Below, in pieces: positions 16,101 to 30,630 of a stretch of DNA of 64,000 nucleotides. How positions within the stretch are numbered: the first letter of the stretch is position 1; the number at the start of each line of letters is the position of its first letter. The DNA is from the human T2T-CHM13v2.0 reference genome, Homo sapiens. Both the position numbers and the translations under genes were made by a program. The DNA lies in the NCBI RefSeq assembly GCF_009914755.1, contig NC_060935.1. One strand, 5' to 3'. Below the pieces are notes generated by a model. That model saw nothing but the letters and a program-made list of their open reading frames with translations. It did not search any database and was not told the origin of the DNA.

Positions 16101-18009
16101 CCTCCTACTTCTGAGCCAGCAGCCTAGGGTGCATTTTCCACATTTCTGTTTACAGTGAATCATAAACTCCATTCCTCTGTAGATTTGGGCATTTGTGGAC
16201 CACTAAGGAGCACATCTGAATCTTGTCAAAGGTGTAACTACTAGCTATCTTTCCAACTCCACAGGTGAGGAGAGAGACAGTCTTCTCTAGTTCATTCTAT
16301 CTTTATTGTAATAGGATTGGGATCGCTGTAAAATAAAATGAAAAATTTATGCTATGGATACATGATGCGCAAACAAAATCTGTTCAATGTGGGTGGTTGG
16401 CTGGGCTCTCAATTGCTGGTTTTATGAACTACTTCCATATAGCAGCTTCACCAAAAATGGAATTTAAATTATACCTTGGCAAAAGGCTCCGCACCAGAGG
16501 TATGAATGGATAGCGGAAACCACACTAGATACTATTCTAGTTGCTTCGTATACTTTAACTTTCTTCCTCTTGGCTGGAAGTTCCATGAGAGCAGAGACAT
16601 CTTTCTTTCACAACAACACACACAGTGCTGGGTGCCATGCTGAACACATAATCAAAGCTGAGTAAATATTAGTCACATAAATAAATGTATTAACCCCTCT
16701 TCAACTCAGATTCCACTGCCTGCCCACATACACACCCATGAAGTAGGCACTCTTATTATTATTCCCATTCACAGGAAAGTTAACACTGAGGGAATCAGAG
16801 CATTGATCGATGGCACAGAGCCAGTAAGTGGCAGTGAACAAAGACTAAGCCACCAAAGGCCTGTGTCATTTTCTCTATTCTGCATCTCTTACAGCTCTGG
16901 GGAGAGATGTATGGGAGAGACAAGACAGAAATTTACTGCTAAACCCCTAAAATCCTTTCTGGGTTATTCCAGGGGTCATACCAGGTTTACAGCTTCACAG
17001 ATCCACCAGGTCTCTTCCAGGCCTTTGAAATGCCATCTCTTCTGTCTTTCCTGACATTCACATTTTCCTTTCATCCCATTTGGAATCTGTGCACCCTGCC
17101 TCCTCTCTGAGATCTCAAACACTTGGCACATCCCTTTGTTCTAGTTCTTCGCTCACTGTGTTACCCTGATGAGTTAAATTCCCATTCCCCTACAAGATTC
17201 TGCAAAGAGGCAGACAACTGGGCCATGTCTGTCTCTGTATTCCTGTGGCCACCCCTGTACTCCCCTGGCCTCACCAAGGCCTGGCACACTGGCCAGGTGA
17301 TAAGTGCTTTCCAAATTGATGGATATCTGCTGCTGGAATTGCTGGCCTTACCCACTTGTTTGCAAACGTTAATTGGTCTCCTACTTTCTTGCATGGAACT
17401 AGCATTGTTTCCACATCTATTTTCTAAAGGTCTAGAAATCATTTTCAAATACATGATAGACTTCTTTAATAGACAATACATAACTTTTATGCAAAAAAGA
17501 ACTTTTTCATGTATCTATTAAGTAGTTTTTTAAAAAGCCAATAAGTTCCTGTGGCCTTGCAATCCTCTCATCTTTAAAATGAGAGTGATGAGCCTCCATT
17601 CCAGATCTAACTACTTTATGGGATAGCTCTTAATTCTGGTTTTGCAAACACTTAAAGCCGTTGTGTTTGTTTTTTAAAACAGGTAAAATCTAAAGAGTAA
17701 ATGGGTCATAGTTTACTGAAACAGTATCCTATTGTAGGATATTTAGAGAATTTTTAATACTATAAATAATTTAGCAGTATACATTCGTATAAAGAAAACC
17801 CTCTTATTTCATTTATGAGTATATAAATGACACTGTCGTGTGTAAGGCATGTTCTAGGCTCTGAGGATATAGCTGACATAACAGACAAAAATCCCTACCC
17901 CTTTGGACATTATACTTCTATATTTTAGATCATTTCCATGAGATACAGTCCCATGTTTCTGGATCAAAGAGTTTTTAGGCTCTTGATACACATTGCTGTA
18001 TCATTTTCT

Positions 18010-18294
18010 TTCTTTTTTTTTTTTTTGAGATGGCATCTTGCTGGATGCAGTGGCATGATCTCAGCTCACTGCAACTTCCACCTCCCGTGTTCAAGCAATT
18101 CTCCTGCCTCAGCCTCCTGAGTAGCTGGGACTACAGGCACCCGCCATCACACCTGGCTAACTTTTGTATATTTAGTAGAGATGGGGGTTTCGCCATGTTG
18201 GCCAAGCTGGTTTTGAACTCCTGACCTCAGGTGATCTGCCCACCTCAGCCTCCCAAAGTGCTGGGATTACAGGTGTGAGCCACCGCGCCTGGCC
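18010..18294 (-). mobile_element. AluS (Sx/Sz-like) with a small internal deletion
   Basis: TSD tgct(g/a)tatca(t/c)tttct at 17994-18009 and 18295-18310; the tcttgct|ggatgcagtgg junction lacks about 15 nt. Confidence 0.93.
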
Positions 18295-18492
18295 TGCTAT
18301 ATCACTTTCTATCACACCTGACCAAGTAGGAGTTTGAGTAGGAATCTGACTCAGAGCTTGCTTTTAGAGAGTATATAACCTTTGCCAAGTTACTTTGTCT
18401 TGGTTTTTCCCTTGGACACAAACTTTCTCTCCAGTTGGCCCCCAGCTGGTACCTTATGTCCTATAGTCCTTTGTGTTCAGGAGGACTGGGTG

Positions 18493-18530
18493 TTGGCTGG
18501 AGGAAGTAAGTTTGGCTGGAGGAAGTAAGT
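18493..18530 (+). repeat. Perfect 19-bp tandem duplication (ttggctggaggaagtaagt)x2
   Basis: Copies at 18493-18511 and 18512-18530. Confidence 0.97.
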
Positions 18531-18789
18531 TCCCATCCTTCTACCAGGTGGTTACTAAACAGATCTTGCAAATCCTGTTCTCATAAAATTACCTCTTTGG
18601 AATAAAGTTCAATACCTTAGATTTTTGCCCTGACAAATTAATTATTCAACATGGTTCATCTCTCTAGCATTCCAAGGTTCTTCTATGTTAGACATCTTTT
18701 ATCCGCCATGGTTGATCACTGTCTTCACAGCATTATGTCATCTGCAGAGTGAACAGGTCTGTCTCCCTAGGCATGGATATATGCCTCAA

Positions 18790-19135
18790 AAACTCTATTT
18801 CCTCATCCCTCTACCTGGGATGCTCTCAGGTAGCCACAAAACTCCCTCCCTCACTTCTTTCCGGTTTCTGCTCAAATGTCACTTTTATCAGAGTCCATTT
18901 CTGACCATATTTTATAAAGCAATACCCTCATCATTCTAAACCCCATTTGCCTTCCTTTATTTTATTCATCTGACTTATCAGCCCCAGACATGTTATATGC
19001 TTGATTGCTTATTAGCTATTACCCCTACTGCAATGTGAACTCCACAAGGGTATTACTTTGTTCAGCACTGCATCTGTTCAGCACTATAATAGGGCCTGGC
19101 ACATAATAGGTGTTTAATATATAGCTGCCAATTTA
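18790..19135 (+). mobile_element. L2 3' end
   Basis: ctgctcaaatgtcactt...tgtgaactccacaaggg...gcctggcacataataggtgtttaata. Confidence 0.7.
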
Positions 19136-19546
19136 TTGGGTGTGCTTTTTTGAAATCAGCCTAAGAAACAAGTTGTTTTTTCATCATGAAATGACACTGA
19201 CTTATGGTATTGATAAGGATTCTGGCCCCCACCCTCAGCCCATTTTCCCCCCAAAGTCAGCTGACACCCTCAGGACTTCTTCACATGGACCAATATGAAG
19301 ATACATGTGCATCACATGCACAGCCACACACCCCCTGGCCCCTCCAAAACAGCTTGTACTTATGTGGCTGCCTTTCTGGGCCCTAGCATTGGGTTTTACC
19401 TGAATCCCAATTTTACCATTTTAGTGACAACATAGCCACTCCACCCCTCATTAACTATATAAGCTTGGCCACTTAATTTAAACTTGCTGAGTTTGTTTCC
19501 TTGCCTGTCAAAATTGGAGTAATACTAAGTCGAAGAGTTGTATAAG

Positions 19547-20457
19547 AACTTCTAATGTCTACTGTGACATGTGAAGAGCTTAGAAATCATCACTCCTGTC
19601 CTCATATGAAAAAAAGCTGAAAAACTGAAAATCAACAACTCTAATTACTTCCATCAGAGAACTGAGGTCATGAGGCAAACCTTCGCCACCTCCTTCCTCC
19701 TCTACCCCCCAAGAAATGGAGAGACAAGTGAATACTGAAAATCACAGATTCTCAGGAGCTGCTGGAAACAGTAAATGGTAGGAGGACTTAAAGGCTAACT
19801 GATGACTAGCTACAGGCTGAGTGTAGACTGCTTGGAGAGTTAAACTCCTGGGAGCCCAATCCTGAAGGGACTCCCACACTTTTGTGAATTTTAACCCCAG
19901 GAGCCCTCATCAGGTTCTCACGGTGAAAATCAGAGAAATCTCCTCCAGCTTGAGGCATGGGAAGGGAAAAAGAACCTTTTTGAAATCTGGCCAGATGCTT
20001 CTCCCTAACAAGGTCTGCCCTCAAGGAAACTACTTTACCAGAGTCTTATCTGATCCGAAGAAAGAACAATTAGCCAGGTCCAGCCCTGTCTAGCCTTCCT
20101 GTCTCATATAAAGGAAGTAAAAAAAGGCTAAGAAACTTTTCTGAAGACCACACACAAAGATTCTGCCCCAATAAAATATTGAGATTTAATCAAAAGATAG
20201 ACCGTTACCCTTTCCCAATATGTTACCATTACATCAACAAGGCTCAGTATAACAACAGTGGATTACAACAGAGAGGGCTGCAAGGCATAACCTCTACTTA
20301 AGAAGGAGTTTCTAGGGAAAACCAAAGACAAAAATGAGAAGAAAGAATGACAAACAAACATAATAACCAAGAACTGCAGGAAAATTACAAAAGATGTAAC
20401 ATACGTATAATGGGAATATCAGACAAATAGAGAAAAGAATAGAAGAAATATTTGAAG
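19547..20457 (+). mobile_element. Old L1M 5' UTR/ORF1 fragment inserted in a MIR
   Basis: Ends with ORF1-like aaaagatgtaacatacgtataatgggaatatcag...agaagaaatatttgaag; MIR halves at about 19400-19546 and 20458-20545. Confidence 0.55.
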
Positions 20458-20809
20458 ATTAGATGAAATAATAAAAGGGCTATTATGGTAAGTAGTTGGT
20501 TCATACTAAGTGATCAATAAATGGTAGTCATAATTACTATTATTAATTGATCAACATATCAGAGGAGGGAAGAAGAGTTGAATCAAAGGCAACTGTTTAA
20601 ACAGGACTTAGTCATGATCAGGCACAGGAGGGAGGACATCTTTCTTGACATGGGGAAAACAAGCAAAACTGGTAAAAATATACAACAATTTGATGAACAA
20701 GAAGGAAAGTGAGAGTAGATAGGATTACACAGGATGCCCTCCATATAATTCTGACTTTAATAGTAATATCTTCCTTATAGAATTACTGAGAAAATTAAAT
20801 AATTTATAA

Positions 20810-21005
20810 CAATGGTTTTCAACTGGTAATGAACATCAGAATCTCCTGGATACTTGTTTGTAATTCATCTCTCTGGGCCCCAAGTCAGAGAATCTGATTC
20901 TGTGCACCTAAGGGGGTGAGGAACTGGGGCTGCGGACCCTGCATCTTTTATAAGCATCTTATGTGAATCTGACACAAGTGCCCCAAAGAGCACCTTAAGA
21001 AACAC
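20810..21005. mobile_element. MER5-type hAT element
   Basis: caatggttttcaac...catcagaatctcctgg...gaatctgattc...gcatctttttataagc...aagaaaca. Confidence 0.6.
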
Positions 21006-21809
21006 ATAAGCATGTTGATTAGTGACTGACCTGAAACACAGTCAACAAATGTTTTTCAAGTAGACAGAGGCAAGCTGATCTGCAGAGGGAAAGGACAGGG
21101 CTGAAGACTGGGGAGATGGAGCAAGTGCAGGAGGAATGTGGTAGGGAGTCCATGAGAGATGGATGGAAGGATCGTGTAGCAGCAGAGACCCAGTTTAGAA
21201 AACACATATTCCTAGAGGAGACTTTGAGATTGGATTTGTAACTTTCTTCATCAACTCCCAAGAGCCTGGTGGCAGGAGCCAAGCAGACAGATGGTACAGT
21301 TTTCCCAGAACTGGAAAACCCCAAACACAGTAGAAGATAGGGGGCACAGGCATCCACCAAGGGGAGAGAGAATCAGGGAACCAGGGCACTGTTGAGAAAG
21401 CTGGTCAGGGGTTCAAGTTGGCCAGGAAGATAGTACCTCTACTATCTACCTATAATTTTTTTAAAAAACCCCAAAGTCCTAGGACCCCACATCTCCTCCA
21501 ACCACTACCTCATTTCTCTGCCCCACCTCGACAGCCAAGCACTTCAAGAGAGTTGTGCCTACACATGTTTTACCCACTTCTCTGCTGTTGTTCACTTCTC
21601 GACCCCCACCAAAATGGCTCTTGAGTCTTGACAGTTTCTGCAATGGCCTCCGCGTTGTCCGTGCACACTCCATCATCTTGCACACATTCCTCAGTATCGC
21701 AGAGGGAGCTGACCACTCCCTGATTCCTAGAATATTCTCTTCTCATGTCTTTCTGGTTTTATGTATTTTGCCCCAAAAAGTGGCAGCAGGGGAGTTCCCA
21801 CACAAGAAA

Positions 21810-22233
21810 GTGCAACACACTATCCTGAAGTGGGGCTGGTTGGGATTCCAAAGAAAGGAGCACTAAGCACCAGTGAGATCAGTCCAAAACATTTATTAGG
21901 GGAACTTACTTACAGAAGTGCTGCAGTGATCCCTGCACCGAACAGCGAGAGAAAAGGGATGTTCTGCCCAGGCACAAATGCAGTGAGGGGTCCAGGGTAT
22001 GGAGTTTTTATGAGGGTTTAAGGAGTTTGGCTCAGGGATGGGGCCAGTTTCTTTCAGTGTTTTAGGCAACAATCTAGATACCTTTGTCAGTGTCTGGGAA
22101 TGTTCAAGGCCCCAGTTTGGGATTAAGCCTGCTGGGAATAACCCACATTTGGCTGGGTCACAGAGTGGTCAAGGCACTCTGTGATTTTCTATCAAGACAC
22201 AGAAAGAAAGCGGGAGAGCTGAAGGGACCTACA
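21810..22233 (-). mobile_element. ERV solo LTR (possibly LTR47-like)
   Basis: Ends ...gaagggacctaca (TG on the minus strand); tttatt near the left end gives a minus-strand AATAAA. Family uncertain. Confidence 0.45.
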
Positions 22234-22257
22234 TAAGCACTATTGGCATTTGGGCCA

Positions 22258-23788
<1,531 letters not shown>

Positions 23789-23955
23789 ATTTCTGAGCCA
23801 GATAATTCTTTGTTGTTGGCAGCTGCCCTGTGTCCTCTGGGATGGTTGGCAGCACCCCTGGCCCCTGGCCCCACCAGTTGTGATAACCAAAAATGTTTCC
23901 AGATATTGTCTGATTCTGATGTCCCCTAGAGAACAAGATCATCCCCATTGAGATC
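23789..23955 (-). mobile_element. MER20 (main part; the other piece is at 22237-22257)
   Basis: gccagataattctttgttgt...ccagttgtgataaccaaaaatgtttccaga; the piece gcactattggcatttgggcca lies before the L1. Confidence 0.8.
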
Positions 23956-24399
23956 TGCTTCTCTAAATGATGCACTCTCCAAACTCTGTCCTGTAACCTT
24001 TTCTGTCCTTTCTCTGCACAATTAGACTCATCCGTTCCATGGCTTTGAGTACCATCTGCGTGATAATGACTCCCATTCATGCTCCACGTTGAGATTTGTG
24101 GCCCACTTTGATGTTCTAGACCCTGGGCTAAATTAAGGTAAATTAAGCCTGGGGCTTTTCAAATTAGACAGAGGGAATGTAAGCCCCTGTTCTACTCTTG
24201 CTGTGTAACTTTAACTCTTTTAACCTTTGTTTCTCTGTCTGAAAAACAAATAATAAAGATGTCAAAGCTGTAAAGATGATCATTAGAGTCCTTGGCACAT
24301 AGTAAGTTGCTAAGTATTAATTATTATAACATTCATAATTCTGATCTCAATGCCTTCAGGCTATGCACAAAGGGCTTCTGGACTTAGGGTCATTCAATA

Positions 24400-24635
24400 G
24401 AATGTTATAGACTGTTGAAAGTTCAACTCTAGAGCCTGAGAGACCTGGGTTCAAATCCTGAATCTACAATTCTGCTCTATGACCTCTCTAAGGCTCGGTT
24501 TCTTCCTGCTTGGAAAAGGGGAATAATAATATTACCCACTTTGGAGGGTGAATCAAATGAGATCATCCTAGGAAAATCAATTAACATGATGTCTAACATA
24601 CCAGTACTTAATAAACATTAGTAATTATTATTAGG
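24400..24635 (+). mobile_element. MIR
   Basis: gacctgggttcaaatcctg...ctcggtttcttc...aataataatattacc...ttaataaacattag. Confidence 0.7.
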
Positions 24636-25602
24636 GTAACATTAGAGAAGCTGATCTTTAACTGAATCTCAAGGGCTATAGAAAGAGCAGTCTCGGCAGA
24701 GCATGAATAATGGGACAGGGTAAGGAAAAGTGAGCTATAATCTGGGAATGACAAGGAGTTCTGGATTGCTAGTGCAAGGTTAGGGCTTGAGATGAAACTA
24801 ATGAATTGTCATCTAAATGCCCTTCCACGCCAGTTTGGGACTATGGGCTTTATCCTTTTAGTACCTGCTAGCAGAAATTGTTTTTTGGTTTTTTTTGGCA
24901 AGGGGAGAGGGACACCAAAGAGTTTTAGATTAGGCAACAACATGATGATTAAATTTTCAACTTAGGAAGAGAGCTCTCATCAATATGGAAGAGCTTGGAG
25001 AAGATAAGAACAGAGGCAGGAAGGCTGGGTAGGAGATTGTGGCATGAACTCCAGTGAGAGATCAGGAAGGCTGCTCATCAGGAGATGAATGCCACAGACA
25101 TCAAAGAGCTAACAACTGATGAGTTGAATGCAGGGGGCTGAGTAGGACTCTGAGGCTTTTTGCTTGGTCGCACGTGGTGGACCGGTGGTCCATTGAACCC
25201 TCTGCTGTCTCCTCATCCCACCACTGCCCTCTCCTCTCTCCTCTTCCCTCCTTAGCTAAGCTCATCATCTCAGTAACACTTCTGCCATAGCCCATAACTT
25301 CTTTGCCTCTTGTCCTCACACCAATCTAGCAAAACTCCAGCCCTGAATGAACACATCTTTTCTCTTCTTTGTGCTTACACCTGAGCCCTGCACCTGGAAA
25401 AAGTCACATTTCAGTGCAGATTGGCCAGTTCACATCATGCTAATTTCCTAGAGCTGCTGTAACAAATTGCCACACATTTGGTGGCTTAAAACAACAGAAA
25501 TTTAATTATCTTACAATTCTGGGGTCCAGAAATTCAAAATTCATCTCACTGGGCCAAAATTAAGGTGTCAACAGGACCACACTCCCTCTGGGGGCTCTAG
25601 GG

Positions 25603-26371
25603 CAGTGGTCCCAAACCTTTTTGGCACCAGGGACTAGTTTCCTGGAGAACAGTTTTTCCATGGGCTGCAGTAGGGGGAATGGTTTCAGGATAAAACTGTT
25701 CTACCTCAGATCATCAGGCATTAGATTCTCATAAGGAGTACACAACCTAGATCCCTTGCATGTGCAGTTCACCATAGGGTTTGCACTTTTATGAGAATTG
25801 AATGCCGCCACTTACTTGACAGGAGGTGTATTAGGGTTTTCTAGAGGGACAGAACTGATAGGAGATATATATGTGAATTTATTAAGAATTAACTCACACA
25901 ATCACAGGGTCCCACAATCAGCTGTCTGCAAGCTGAGGAGCAAGGAGAGCCAGTCCAAGTCCCAAAACTGAAGAACTTGGAGTCTGATGTTCAAGGATAG
26001 GAAGAATCCAGCATGGGAGAAAGATGTAGTCTGGGAGGCTAGGCCAGTCTCTCCTTTTCACATTTTCTGCCTGCTTTATATTCATTGACAGCTAATTAGA
26101 TGGTGCCCACACAGCTGATTAGATGGTGCCCACCCAGATTAAGGGTGGGTCTGCCTTCCCCAGTCCACTGACTCAAATGTTAATCTCCTTTCGCAACACC
26201 CTCACAGACACACCCAGGGTCAATACTTTGCATCCTTCAATCCAATCAAGTTGACACTCAGTATTAACCATCACAGGAGGTGAAGCTCAGGCGGTAATGC
26301 TGGCTCACCCCGATCTCCTGCTGTGTGGCCCAGCTCCTAACAGGCCACAGACTGGGGGTTGGGGACTCCTG
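25603..26371 (-). mobile_element. MER1B (hAT-Charlie) with 8-bp TSD, interrupted by MLT2A
   Basis: cagtggtcccaaacctttttggcaccaggga ... gggggttggggactcctg; TSD ctctaggg at 25595-25602 and 26372-26379. Confidence 0.9.
25827..26275 (-). mobile_element. MLT2A (ERVL) solo LTR with 5-bp TSD
   Basis: tgtattagggttttctagagggacagaact ... caatcaagttgacactcagtattaaccatcaca; TSD ggagg at 25822-25826 and 26276-26280. Confidence 0.92.
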
Positions 26372-26653
26372 CTCTAGGGACGATTTGTTCCTTGCCTCTT
26401 GCGGCTTCTGGTGACTGTCAGCAGGCTTGTGTGTGGCTGCATCACTCTACTCTCTGCCTCCATCCTCACGTGGCCTTCTCCTTGTCTCTGTCTCAAAGCT
26501 CCCTCTGCCACTCTCTTTTAAGGATACATATGATTGCATTTAAGGCTTCCAGATAGTCTAGAATAAACATCTCCTCTCAAGATCCTTAAATAAATCATAT
26601 CTTTTGCCATATAAGGTACTATTCACACTTTCTGGGGATTAGAAGTGAACATG

Positions 26654-26914
26654 CAGTAGTCCCTTTGTATCTGCAGGTTCTGCATCCACTGATTCAGCCA
26701 AAAATATTGGAAAAATAAAAATTAAAAATTAATACAGATTTTAAAAATACAGTATAACAACTATTTACAAAGTATTACATCACATTAGATATTATAAGTA
26801 ATCTGGAGATGCTTTAAAGTATACAGAAGGAGTATATGGGAGGAGTAGCTGTGGATTTTGATATTCACAGGATGATGCTGGAACCAACCCCCGACAAACA
26901 CCAAGGAATGATTG
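26654..26914 (+). mobile_element. Tigger3a/MER7-like DNA transposon
   Basis: cagtagtccctttgtatctgcaggttctgcatcc...aaatacagtataacaactatttaca...tataagtaatctggagatg...ggaaccaacccc. Confidence 0.78.
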
Positions 26915-28208
26915 TATTTCGCGGGGACATTTTTCTTCCTACCATTTACACTTATGCAGGACCACTGACCTTGGAGGGCCCTTGACCTGCCTGGCAATCT
27001 GACCAAATTACTCTGGAAGGCTTGTCCTCCCACTTTCCCTAATGCTGATTCCTTTCATTCCTGACCCACCTATGGGTCACATCACTTTTCCCACATCATT
27101 CTCAACAAGTGACCTTGTTGTGTTCTCTATGGGGGGAAAAGAAAAGAAAGAAAAAGAAATCCCTGGACCTGGACCAGAATTTCTTAACTTGTTGCTAAAG
27201 TTAATAAACCTACCTGCATCTTTCCTCACTTCTTCTCCTACTAAAATAATGGATCTCTCCATCCCTGTCCTGAGACCATCTCTACTCAGGCTCTGGATAC
27301 CACTCTCTCCTGCTTCCTCAGGAACCTTAAATGGCCAATCACCCCACCTTTGTTTTGTAGAGTCAGCCTTTTCTTCTTGATAAGGTCCTTCCCTTCAGCT
27401 CAAGTTTTAAAACTCTTCCTTCAGGAATTTTCCTTCTTAAAAGAACAATTTAAAAACCTTACAACAAACAAAATTCCACCCCCTGGCCAATCCATCACTA
27501 AGTCCTGCTGATGGTACCTTGTAAGTCTTTCTAATTCACCAACTTCTCCCCTTCTCAGCCTGCTATGAGTCCAGTCTGTCATCACATACTCCTGGACGAC
27601 CATAGTAACCTTTCTGCATCCATTTTTGGCACCTCACAATTGCTCTGTTAAGCTGCCTTCAGTTGTGTGTGATTGGTATGTGAGCTCCATGAGGTCAGGG
27701 ACTTAGTTCCATTCATGTGTTCCCTGTGTCCTCATCATCTTGAAAAGGGCCAGAAACACAGTAGCTGTTCAATAAATGTTTGTTGAAGGTATTCACATAA
27801 TTTATCACTAATTTCAGGAGGAAGACAAAGTTCCTTAACAGCCCAAAAGGCCCAGAAAGGCCTGACCCCTACTCATCTCTCCACCTCATCTTGTGTCATC
27901 TTCCCTTGTTCCCTGAGCTCTAGACACATTGGTCTTCTATGAACGCTCCCAGTTTTCTCCTGCCCCAGGGTATGTGTAGAGAAATGTTTCCTCATTGTTT
28001 AGAACATTCCCCTCTGCCCCAACCCAACTTTTCCTAATAAATACCACTCAGCCTTCAGATCTCAGCTCATATATAGCAAGTTGCTTCCTTGGAAAATCTT
28101 TCCTTAGCACCATTATATGCTCTGTTATGTTCTCGTTGCACATATATCTGTCATAGAAATTTCCCAGTAAGAACTGTGTTCATATTTGGTGACTATTTGA
28201 TTCATGTC

Positions 28209-28569
28209 TGTCTTAGTCCATTCAGACTGCTATAACAAAATATCTTAGACTCAGTGATTTACAAACAACAGAATTTATTGCTTACAATTCTGGAGGCTGA
28301 GCAGTCCAAGATCAAGGCACCAGCAGATTTGTTGTCTGGTAAGGGCCTGTTCCCCATACATGGCACCTTCTTGCTGCATCTTCATGTGGAGGAAGGGTAA
28401 GAGAGCTCACTCAGGTCTCTTTTATAAGGACACTAATTCCATTTATGAGGGTGGAGCCCTCATCACTTAATCACTTCCCAAAGGTTCCACCACTTAATAC
28501 TATCACATTGGCTATTAGATTCAACATAAGAACTTGATGGAGGGGGCTGTCAACATTCAGACTGTATCA
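28209..28569 (-). mobile_element. MLT1A0-type solo LTR with 5-bp TSD, inside an L2
   Basis: tgtcttagtccattcagactgctataacaaaata ... aacattcagactgtatca; TSD atgtc at 28204-28208 and 28570-28574. Confidence 0.88.
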
Positions 28570-30429
28570 ATGTCTGTCTTTCCCATCAAATGAGGACAGG
28601 GGCCACTATATTCCCAGTGCTTAGCATACTGTCTGACACACAGAGATGCTCAATAGGTATGCACTGCAGGAACAAATGAAGGGATAATGGAATAATGGCA
28701 AGGCTGAGATCAGTTGCAGGAGAAGGTTTAGTGGAAGGGTCACAACTCAGTTTTGCCCATGTTGGAGGGCCCCACAGCTAATTCAGCTGGAGAGGTACAC
28801 TCTTGTTTGGGAATCTGGGCTGGGAGCTAAGGACAGAGGGCAGGCTGGATATCTAGACTTAGGTGGTTGGCAACCCTGTAGTAGATGCAAAAGATGGGCC
28901 ATATAAGAGGATTCATGTCTAGAGATGAGAGGGGGATGGGATTAAGGGCAGACTGGGAGCTCAGAAAGGAAGACCCACAGATTAAAAAAAGATGAGCTAA
29001 GTGTAGAGATGTAAAGGAGGGACGAGGTTGAGGGGCACGTGAAGCAGCAGGTGAGGCCAAGTGAAGGTGAAGGACAGACTGGGGGTAAAATGAGGGATTG
29101 GGGAGAATCAGGAAGGTTTAGATTTTCTGAGAGGAAAAAAATCTCCTGCTGGCCTAGGCCAAGCAGGTGACCTGCATGAGTGGAGTGTGTTTACCTGTGT
29201 GCATGCTTATACGTGTGTCATAGGGAACACCACACCACTCTCAATGTGACTTCACTTCTCAATAGATTGCCTGGCATCTTTTTACAGCAACCCAAACTCT
29301 CTGAGGCAAGTAAGGCAGGTGTAATGATCTTTCTTTTCTAGGTGCAATATTAAGTTGGACTCATATCCTAGGCCAATGCTCTTTCCACCAAACCACACTA
29401 TTTCACTGGGCTCTAGCCAGCTTGTCCGGAGCTTGAAGACATATTACTGTCTTATTTCAGCATTTCTGTCTACTGCAGATGAAATTGGCCTCCAGCCAGA
29501 GAAAAATAAAATGCCCTTGATAAACGGCAATATAGTAGGATCATAGCTTTAGGAAATTGTGATGCTCCTTGTAACATTCCCCGCTTTTTTTCTTTAATGG
29601 GGAGTCCTTAAGAATCAATTACATTTTCCTAATTAGTGTGGGTAGTCAGGACAGACCAGAACCAAAATATTATTAATGGAATGTGCCTCCTATCCTCGGC
29701 AGCTGAGTTTGGGTAGCACATGCAACCCCAAGGAAGAGCTCAGCCCTCTCCACTCTGTGGGTTTGAATTCAGCTACAGAAGCTCAGAAGAAAGAGCACTG
29801 GACTCTACTGAAAACCATGTTTCTACATGAGTTTTCATTCTTCATTCAAATTTTAGCAAATTTTAGGCTTTGTGACTTCTAGGCATGGCCCACTATTGTG
29901 TTGGACAATTTTTCAGGTAACCATATAACAAGGTACTGCGGTTCTTATTCTTAGAATCTAAGGAAAGCTATGTACTGTGTCATCAGAAAAATGCACTCAC
30001 ACACACAATTTTGCTTGTATTTCAGGGATTTCTCCAACCTTCTGAGGCCTGTCCATGGCTGACTCCCCCTATAGTTTAGGGGGCCTTCAGTCCACTCATG
30101 AGTGGATTCCTACTGCAGCCTCCCAATAGGTCTCTCCTCTTTGCTCTCTGACTTTCCATTCCTCTGCTAAATTAAGAATTTCCTATTGTTCTCAAGTCAG
30201 CCCAAATTCTTCTACATGGCTTATGAGGCCCTTCATGATCTGGCAACTAGCTCACATTTCCCCACTGTAGGCACGTAGAGGGAGAGGAGTGAGGGAGGTT
30301 TGAGGAGAATGTAACTCAGTGAGGATCTGATGGACAAATAAAAGTTAGAGAGTGGATGAGGATGGAAGAGGAGGAGTGTTGCTTGGAGAGGCCTGGAGGT
30401 GAGAGGGAACCCTAAAGAACAAGAAAGGA

Positions 30430-30630
30430 ATATGACATGGGCTTTGGAATACAACATCTCAGATTTGATTCCTGGCTCTCCTGCTTATTAACCAGGTGAC
30501 CTTGCACAATTCTTCAAACCTCAGTTTCCCTGTGTGTAAAATGGCAGTAATAGTAGCCTCCTCAAAGGAAGGGTGTGAGGGCTGCAATGCATAATGTGTG
30601 GAAAGTGCTTAGCAGAGTCCTGGCAGGTAA
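30430..30630 (+). mobile_element. MIR
   Basis: gtgaccttgcacaa...cctcagtttccc...gtaaaatggc...aaagtgcttagcagagtcctggca. Confidence 0.75.

Larger units (their letters stand above)
25437..26945 (-). mobile_element. MLT1B/C-type LTR split by MER1B (plus MLT2A) and Tigger3
   Basis: gctgctgtaacaaattgccac...ggcttaaaacaacagaaattta at the left; resumes at 26380 and at about 26917. Confidence 0.8.

Noticed and set aside
30065-30106. Hairpin CCCCCTA-n5-TAGGGGG followed by the 16-bp palindrome TCCACTCATGAGTGGA
   Set aside because: About one 16-bp palindrome is expected per 4^8 (about 65 kb); it sits beside probable repeat remnants and is too short for a pre-miRNA.
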